The translations under genes were made by a program, and so were the position numbers. A stretch of 64,000 bases of DNA from positions 32,001 to 96,000 of IMG/VR virus record IMGVR_UViG_3300028394_000041. One strand, 5' to 3'. This document shows positions 58,431-64,000 of this stretch, piece by piece (positions within the stretch are counted from its first letter, which is position 1; each line of letters starts with the position of its first letter). The stretch comes from a virus. Under the pieces are notes generated by a model. That model had not been told where the DNA came from, did no database searches, and worked only from the letters and a program-made list of their open reading frames with translations.

Positions 58431-59576
58431 TTAGGCTTGACCGCTAATAAATATTCCGTTAGTCAAGTCTTGAGGACCACCAACTTGAGTGCTAAATGTC
58501 ATACTAACGGTCTTATTCTTGCCGATATCAGAGCTAAACTCTTGACTATCTAGTTTTGCGCCTTTAAGTTTGAATGAAGCAACTGTTGTGGCAGAATCTG
58601 TTGGACTCTTGATTGTAATTGTTGGTGTAAATGTTCCTCCATCTGCAGCAACAGTTTGAGCTAGAGCACCTGTTTGTAGGTCTGTCATTTGAGCATCGAC
58701 TTTAAGAGTTACAGTAAGTGGAAAGTTAATTTCGCGACTAAATGCAAATCTACTTCCTAATTTTTCAATTGGAGTACGTCCTAAATCAAAACTCATGGTA
58801 TAATTCTGTACATTCATTGTAGTGGTATCTGCTCCACCAGCGTTTGTATTAGCTATGGATAAACTAATATCTCCTGGTCGAAGAGCACTGATTCCACTAA
58901 TATTTGTTGTAGCGCTAGAATTTTGTACAGCTTTTGGTAATTGATAAAAATTAGTTAATGCTGCTCCATTTGTTGGATTAATTGCTGGGGTATAATTTCC
59001 ACTTGTGCCTTTTTGGAAATTCATGTTCAATCCTTCAATATTAACTGTGGCTGTTGGGAAATTGCCAACTGAAGCTTCTGTAGAATAAGAAGTTAAAAAT
59101 GCATTACCAATACCAATAACGCCGTTGTTAGCTGTACCAGTCTCAGAATACTCGACAGCATCAGAACCTTCTGAAACAGTTCTGATAAAGTAGTTTCTTT
59201 CGTCTTGTATTTTGTTTAAAATTCCAGAAATAGCAGAGACTTCGTTTGCAGTATTAGAAATTGAGAACCCTAATCCACTTTCGTTAGAAAGATTTGCTAG
59301 TAAATAACTAAAATCAAGTGAAACGGTTGGACTACTCAAGATAACACGGTCAATTGCAGCTAGTTGGCCAAATTGATTTACGTCAGTGCGATCAACTTTG
59401 AAACTGTAATTTACAGTTTGAATTCTTTGAAGTTGTTTAACTAAGTTAGAGTTTTCATTTGCTACATTGGTGCTTCCACCTTGTCCAGCTGTGAATGTTC
59501 CATAATGAAAACCTGATGCGGGTGAGGGCCCAGCGTAAAGGGCTTCTGATTGATAAATTATTCTATTTCTAGGCAT
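58431..59576 (-). CDS. Major tail tube protein with an internally duplicated tube domain
   Basis: Position upstream of the chaperone/TMP genes, GGAG SD, own terminator, two similar beta-rich halves. Confidence 0.75.
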   Translation of the reverse strand: MPRNRIIYQSEALYAGPSPASGFHYGTFTAGQGGSTNVANENSNLVKQLQRIQTVNYSFKVDRTDVNQFGQLAAIDRVILSSPTVSLDFSYLLANLSNESGLGFSISNTANEVSAISGILNKIQDERNYFIRTVSEGSDAVEYSETGTANNGVIGIGNAFLTSYSTEASVGNFPTATVNIEGLNMNFQKGTSGNYTPAINPTNGAALTNFYQLPKAVQNSSATTNISGISALRPGDISLSIANTNAGGADTTTMNVQNYTMSFDLGRTPIEKLGSRFAFSREINFPLTVTLKVDAQMTDLQTGALAQTVAADGGTFTPTITIKSPTDSATTVASFKLKGAKLDSQEFSSDIGKNKTVSMTFSTQVGGPQDLTNGIFISGQA

Positions 59577-59601
59577 ATTATTTGTTCTCCATTTGTAGTT
59601 A

Positions 59602-59607
59602 TTACAC
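59602..59607 (-). promoter_or_regulatory. GTGTAA element upstream of the major tail gene
   Basis: TTACAC on the + strand; the 25-nt leader contains GGAG. Confidence 0.6.
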
Positions 59608-59632
59608 CGATTTTTAGTAGATTTTTATTTTT

Positions 59633-60502
59633 TTATTGTCTTGGGTATCTATTTTTTATTATCTCAAAATCAACAAAAGCAGAATATACATTTCTATTTA
59701 AACTGTTTGTAGTATTTAATAATCTAGTATCAGTTTTAGACACAGTAACATCATTAATATATACATAATCTGAATCTGCTATTTTATTTTTAGTATAACC
59801 AGTATAATCAAAACATTTATTTGCAGTAGATATAGAGCCTAGAGAATTAAATGGCATTTCATTAGGGTATATTAATGGTATTAATTGCCTAGAGGTATCT
59901 CTCATTATGCTTGTTACAGCATCCAAATTATATACATTATCAGCTAATATTATAGCCCTAATATTACCCACTGTTTGATCTAAACCACCAAAAGCCAAGG
60001 GTTTATTTCTGCCGCCTTGATATTTTAAATATATAACAGGATAAGTTTCAGCATTTATAGGTAGACCAGTTGGGTTTTGATATGTTCTAGGATTAATTTG
60101 ATAAGAGGTTTCAAATAATACATTTTCTTCACTTTTGCTAGTCAAAAACATATTAAAATCTTTAACAGCATAATTGGCACTTAAAGAAGCGCTAGGATTA
60201 GGTATGCTTTGGCTAAAATATAATTGACCTTCTTGAGCGTTAATCCCACTTAATCCACTTTGACCAACAGTTATAAAATTTCCATTTAAATATACGCCAC
60301 TTATAATATCAGCCCCACTTATAGAGCAATCAATAACCATTTGTTTAAATGGTGCTCCATAAGTATAATATCCATGATACATATTGCTGATTTCATAAAA
60401 TGCACTAGAATGATTTGTAAAAGCTTCGCCTTTAGTTAGTACTTTATTATCTAACCAAAGCAACATATTCGTCATTAAGATATTGTCAAATTGCGGTATC
60501 AT
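59633..60502 (-). CDS. Putative tail terminator / neck protein
   Basis: Position in the head-tail gene order; YPVIYL....GRNKPLAFGG motif. Confidence 0.5.
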   Translation of the reverse strand: MIPQFDNILMTNMLLWLDNKVLTKGEAFTNHSSAFYEISNMYHGYYTYGAPFKQMVIDCSISGADIISGVYLNGNFITVGQSGLSGINAQEGQLYFSQSIPNPSASLSANYAVKDFNMFLTSKSEENVLFETSYQINPRTYQNPTGLPINAETYPVIYLKYQGGRNKPLAFGGLDQTVGNIRAIILADNVYNLDAVTSIMRDTSRQLIPLIYPNEMPFNSLGSISTANKCFDYTGYTKNKIADSDYVYINDVTVSKTDTRLLNTTNSLNRNVYSAFVDFEIIKNRYPRQ

Positions 60503-61089
60503 TTTAATCCTTTTACAAAGTTACGATAAAGTTCAGACATATATGATATTGATTTGTAAGCGGTGCTTCTAATTTTATTTTTAGATTGAATTCCTCTGCC
60601 AGATCTGCTATTTTTAAATATTACGCCATAAACGTAATAACCAAATCCAGAAATTCCATCTTCTACTCCCTTTACCCAACTTCTTCCTCTTTCAAAAGGA
60701 AGAGGCGTTTCTGATCTTATTTCTTCTAAAGAAGGAGTATATACATCATATTTTAATTCAAAAGTTTTTTTATCAAATTTTGGATTCTTGCCTAAAAATG
60801 TATTTTGTTTGATTAGTTTTTTTAAATCTTCAACTGGTTTATCTGCTTCATCAAACCCAATAAAAGCAAAAAGATTCTCTTGTCCATTTAATGTATTACT
60901 TACATTTTCTCCGTCTGGTCCAGCGCTTAACTCTTTTGAAATTGGATGATTTTCTATCTCTTGAATGTAAAAATTTAAATTTTCATCTAAAACTTCTTTA
61001 GCGTATTCAATAGATTTTTGCTTAAACGCTTCTTCAAAAGCTGGAGATATTTCGTCTCGAATCTTTTTTATATCTATCTTGCTAGCCAT
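60499..61089 (-). CDS. Putative tail completion / neck protein
   Basis: Position; NLFAFIGF and SWVKGVEDGISG motifs; basic C-terminus. Confidence 0.45.
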   Translation of the reverse strand: MASKIDIKKIRDEISPAFEEAFKQKSIEYAKEVLDENLNFYIQEIENHPISKELSAGPDGENVSNTLNGQENLFAFIGFDEADKPVEDLKKLIKQNTFLGKNPKFDKKTFELKYDVYTPSLEEIRSETPLPFERGRSWVKGVEDGISGFGYYVYGVIFKNSRSGRGIQSKNKIRSTAYKSISYMSELYRNFVKGLK

Positions 61090-61529
61090 TATTTTGTTTG
61101 CTCCAATCCATATACATAATAAGAATTATTCAAATACTTTTTTATAGTATCTTCTGTTATAACATTCCAAGTTTTTCCATCAAATTCTAATTTAATTGTT
61201 TTACCATTAGCAATAAAATCTCTAGCATTTTGTTTAACTTTTAAAGTAACGTCTCCACGAGCAAATACTAATTTTAAATCACTATTGACCGCATCTGTGT
61301 CTCTAGCATTATTATAATATATTCTTCCATTAAAAATTCCAGTAACAGGTAGATATGTATAATTTACTGAATCTGAACTAGATCCATATCCATAAAGTGG
61401 AGTGCTTTGTAATTCTTGAATTACTTTAATTGGCTCTTTATGAACTATAAAACTTCTAGAAAAATAATCAAAAAATTCATCGTATGCGTTAGAAAACTCT
61501 GCTGCTGTATTTGAATTTATAAAGCTCAT
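61089..61529 (-). CDS. Putative head-closure protein
   Basis: 146-aa beta-rich ORF (KLEFDGKTWNV) in the head-tail position. Confidence 0.5.
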   Translation of the reverse strand: MSFINSNTAAEFSNAYDEFFDYFSRSFIVHKEPIKVIQELQSTPLYGYGSSSDSVNYTYLPVTGIFNGRIYYNNARDTDAVNSDLKLVFARGDVTLKVKQNARDFIANGKTIKLEFDGKTWNVITEDTIKKYLNNSYYVYGLEQTK

Positions 61530-61531
61530 GA

Positions 61532-62041
61532 TTACGCATTATATATGCTTCTTATTTTATATAATGAATTTTTATAATTAACATCGTATGAGCCTTCAAT
61601 AAAATCATCTCCTGAGACTTGCAGTGGCCCAGAATTATTGTTTTGGTATTGAGATGCTAAAGTTTTTAATTCATTATATTCTTCTTTTCTTATAGCAATA
61701 TAATTTTTAAGAACTTCATTTTTATTAACTTTTTGAACAGTACCAATATCATCTTTAATAGAAACAAAATCAGAAGATGCTGAACTAGCAGTACTTTTTA
61801 TTTTAAGATCAAAATAGTATATAGAATACATTTTTTTGAATATATATTTCTCAATATCAGATAAATTTGGAGATATTTCAAAAGTTGAGCTATCTATTGA
61901 AAAACTAGCATTAATAATGTTATTTAAACCGCCAATATTTCGTCTTACCCATGCAGCTATAGCTGCTATGCTAAAATCATCTGGTTCGCCCATTTCTTCA
62001 TAAATCTCTTGGGCAATAGAGGTTACGGTATTTAATATCAT
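61532..62041 (-). CDS. Putative head-tail adaptor protein
   Basis: Helical 169-aa ORF at the start of the neck operon; GTGTAA (62050-62055) 8 nt upstream. Confidence 0.45.
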   Translation of the reverse strand: MILNTVTSIAQEIYEEMGEPDDFSIAAIAAWVRRNIGGLNNIINASFSIDSSTFEISPNLSDIEKYIFKKMYSIYYFDLKIKSTASSASSDFVSIKDDIGTVQKVNKNEVLKNYIAIRKEEYNELKTLASQYQNNNSGPLQVSGDDFIEGSYDVNYKNSLYKIRSIYNA

Positions 62042-62092
62042 ACAGTAAATTACACTTTAAATTATTTAAATTTTAAAGTAAGATTATCAAGT

Positions 62093-62332
62093 TTAATACA
62101 ATTTATTTTTGATATATTCAACGCAATTTATAAAATCATCTATACGAAGTTCACTAATTCCGTTTTCTTCTATTTTATTAACAAGAGTAACATTGCCGAC
62201 TGGTCTTAAGTAAAAACTAAAGTGATAAGCATTTTCTGCGTATATTACGCTAACGTCTTGTTTAACATAAGAAGTTGGACCATTTTCAGTAAACCCAAGA
62301 GATATTAGATAATTTTTAATGTGTTCAAACAT
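62093..62332 (-). CDS. Hypothetical protein
   Basis: 79-aa ORF; GTGTAA (62341-62346) 8 nt upstream. Confidence 0.6.
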   Translation of the reverse strand: MFEHIKNYLISLGFTENGPTSYVKQDVSVIYAENAYHFSFYLRPVGNVTLVNKIEENGISELRIDDFINCVEYIKNKLY

Positions 62333-62347
62333 ATATTTATTTACACG

Positions 62348-64000
62348 CTATATAGAAAACAATTTAAAGTCTTTTTTTAGTTTGCCATCTATGCCCATGC
62401 TACCGATACTGATTCTTTCTTCTGGATATGTATCTAAAAATTCACCATAAAAATATACATTATCTCCAGAATAATTTATTCCCCTAATATGTTGTCTCAG
62501 CCATTGAGTCTCTCCTCCAAATCCTCTTCCATAAAAACCTTCAGTATTTGTATTAAGAGTGAAATTTTTATTCATTATTGGGTCGCCATTAGTTTTATTT
62601 GTGATAGTCAAAAAAGCATTTTTATTAGTTAATCTGTTCATCGTTTCATAACTATAGTCTCTGCTTTGACGATTAACAACATATAATTTATTATTATCAA
62701 CCATAAACTCTTCACCAGCTCTCCCCTGCACAGTTTGTCCTCCGCCAACAGTATCATACGATTCCCAAACAGAATCTGCGTATCCCCCAAAAGTTTTTAA
62801 CAAAGCTCCACCAGTACTATTAACAAAATGAACTCCTCTATTACCAGAGTTTTGATATAATTCAAAATGATATCCACAAAATCCTACACCTGTGCCTGGA
62901 ATAACTTTTACATCCTCGACATAATCATATCCATTAGCTAAATATCCAACGGCAGTATAAGAACTTGGATCAGAATAATATATTGTATTTGTATCAAAAG
63001 TTGGTATAGGAGTAAAATTATTATAAATGATTCCATCGTTAGGATTTACTGCGCATAATTTTCTTTTTGTAGTCACTCCTACTGTTGTGAAATTACCACC
63101 AGCATATAAATAATTTCCACTTATATCTATCGCTCTAATGGCGCCGTTAAAATTAGGATTAAAATTGGTATCTAATGCTCCATCTGATAGTCTAACTTTT
63201 GCACATCTATTTCTTGTCACACCGCCAACAAGAGTAAAATCACCACCAATATACATATGGTCTCCACTTATTTTCATAAAAAGAACTGAATTATTTCCAA
63301 TATTAGGATTAAAAGATGCGTCTAATGTATTCGTATCTAAATTCCATGCAGCTAGACGATTTCTTGTTACTCCACCTACCGTTGTGAAACTTCCTCCCAT
63401 ATATAGCATATTTCCCGTATATGTTAAGGTTGAGCATGTGCTATTTAAATTTGGATCAAAAGATGTTAAAAATGTATGAGGATTAGTTTTAATATCCCAT
63501 GCCGCTATACGATTTCTTGTTACTGTTGTGGTTGATGCTGGAACATCGCTCCTAACACTTGTAAAATTCCCTCCTATGTATATGGCGCCACTATCTTGAT
63601 GTATTTTCATAGCTGTAATTGTACTGCTAGGATTTGGCGCCCAACCAGTATACAATCTTCCATTATTTAATTCATACGCAATACATGACCTATCAAGGGC
63701 TAAAGTATCATTTTGCGATAAATTTGATCCACCTATATAAAGTTTTCCACTATAAATATCCATGCAATACAAATCAGTCGTTGAAGTTGATCTTGGGTAT
63801 CTTTGCATTTCTGTTGTATTAAAATCAAAAGCTGTTAATGTATGAGCTTTACCAGTTCCCAAATCTGCAAAAGTTCCAGCCACTATAATTCCAGAAGGAT
63901 GAACTTTAACATCAAGAGGATGTCTACTAAATGATGGGCTCCAATTAGTGACTCCAGAGGTAGTTAGATCTATTGCTGCGCCTCGTGGTCTAGGCAAACC
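62348..64000 (-). CDS. Beta-propeller repeat protein (delta-60/DUF5122-like), probably virion-associated; 5'-truncated
   Basis: Repeats of G..LY.GG.FT.VGGVTRNR.A......LD..FNPN. The frame stays open to the window edge. Confidence 0.8.
   Translation of the reverse strand, partial: GLPRPRGAAIDLTTSGVTNWSPSFSRHPLDVKVHPSGIIVAGTFADLGTGKAHTLTAFDFNTTEMQRYPRSTSTTDLYCMDIYSGKLYIGGSNLSQNDTLALDRSCIAYELNNGRLYTGWAPNPSSTITAMKIHQDSGAIYIGGNFTSVRSDVPASTTTVTRNRIAAWDIKTNPHTFLTSFDPNLNSTCSTLTYTGNMLYMGGSFTTVGGVTRNRLAAWNLDTNTLDASFNPNIGNNSVLFMKISGDHMYIGGDFTLVGGVTRNRCAKVRLSDGALDTNFNPNFNGAIRAIDISGNYLYAGGNFTTVGVTTKRKLCAVNPNDGIIYNNFTPIPTFDTNTIYYSDPSSYTAVGYLANGYDYVEDVKVIPGTGVGFCGYHFELYQNSGNRGVHFVNSTGGALLKTFGGYADSVWESYDTVGGGQTVQGRAGEEFMVDNNKLYVVNRQSRDYSYETMNRLTNKNAFLTITNKTNGDPIMNKNFTLNTNTEGFYGRGFGGETQWLRQHIRGINYSGDNVYFYGEFLDTYPEERISIGSMGIDGKLKKDFKLFSI

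Noticed and set aside
2744-63822. Other short track ORFs nested in or antisense to long genes (e.g. 2744, 19547, 23663, 51837, 63138)
   Set aside because: They are fully overlapped by well-supported genes and have shadow-ORF composition.
1-64000. Alternative genetic code (stop-codon reassignment)
   Set aside because: Conserved genes are full length under the standard code and coding density is high.

Overview
AT-rich segment of a large tailed dsDNA phage, with standard genetic code and densely packed genes. The tail looks long and non-contractile (lambda-like tail tip, no sheath gene in the window). From left to right it holds: a GT4 glycosyltransferase and class Ia ribonucleotide reductase (nrdAB); an RNA locus with a phage tmRNA and an unidentified ~215-nt structured RNA; a probable virion gene and two tandem Pro-rich membrane paralogs; a ~13-kb, 15-gene glycan-synthesis island; a replication/recombination module; and the tail module. 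The replication module has RecA-like, DnaB, ThyX, primase, RecB/Cas4-like nuclease, a DnaE polymerase split into PHP + DEDDh exonuclease + catalytic genes, a Whirly-like SSB, a split GT9 and a Rad52-like annealing protein. The tail module has gpM/L/K/I/J-like genes inverted relative to a 2559-aa tape measure protein, tail tube and head-tail genes. Two promoter classes can be read from the sequence: sigma70-type TTGACT-N17-TATCAT sites giving near-leaderless mRNAs, and a recurring GTGTAA element, mostly before virion genes. The strongest novelty candidates are: (1) a PD-(D/E)XK nuclease-like cargo inside the tape measure protein, bracketed by four GF(I/V)PNF motifs; (2) the orphan structured ncRNA; (3) the tmRNA with a long, hairpin-extended tag; (4) the Whirly-like SSB; (5) the three-piece DnaE; (6) the GTGTAA promoter class. 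All family calls come from motif recognition by eye; no database search or folding program was run.
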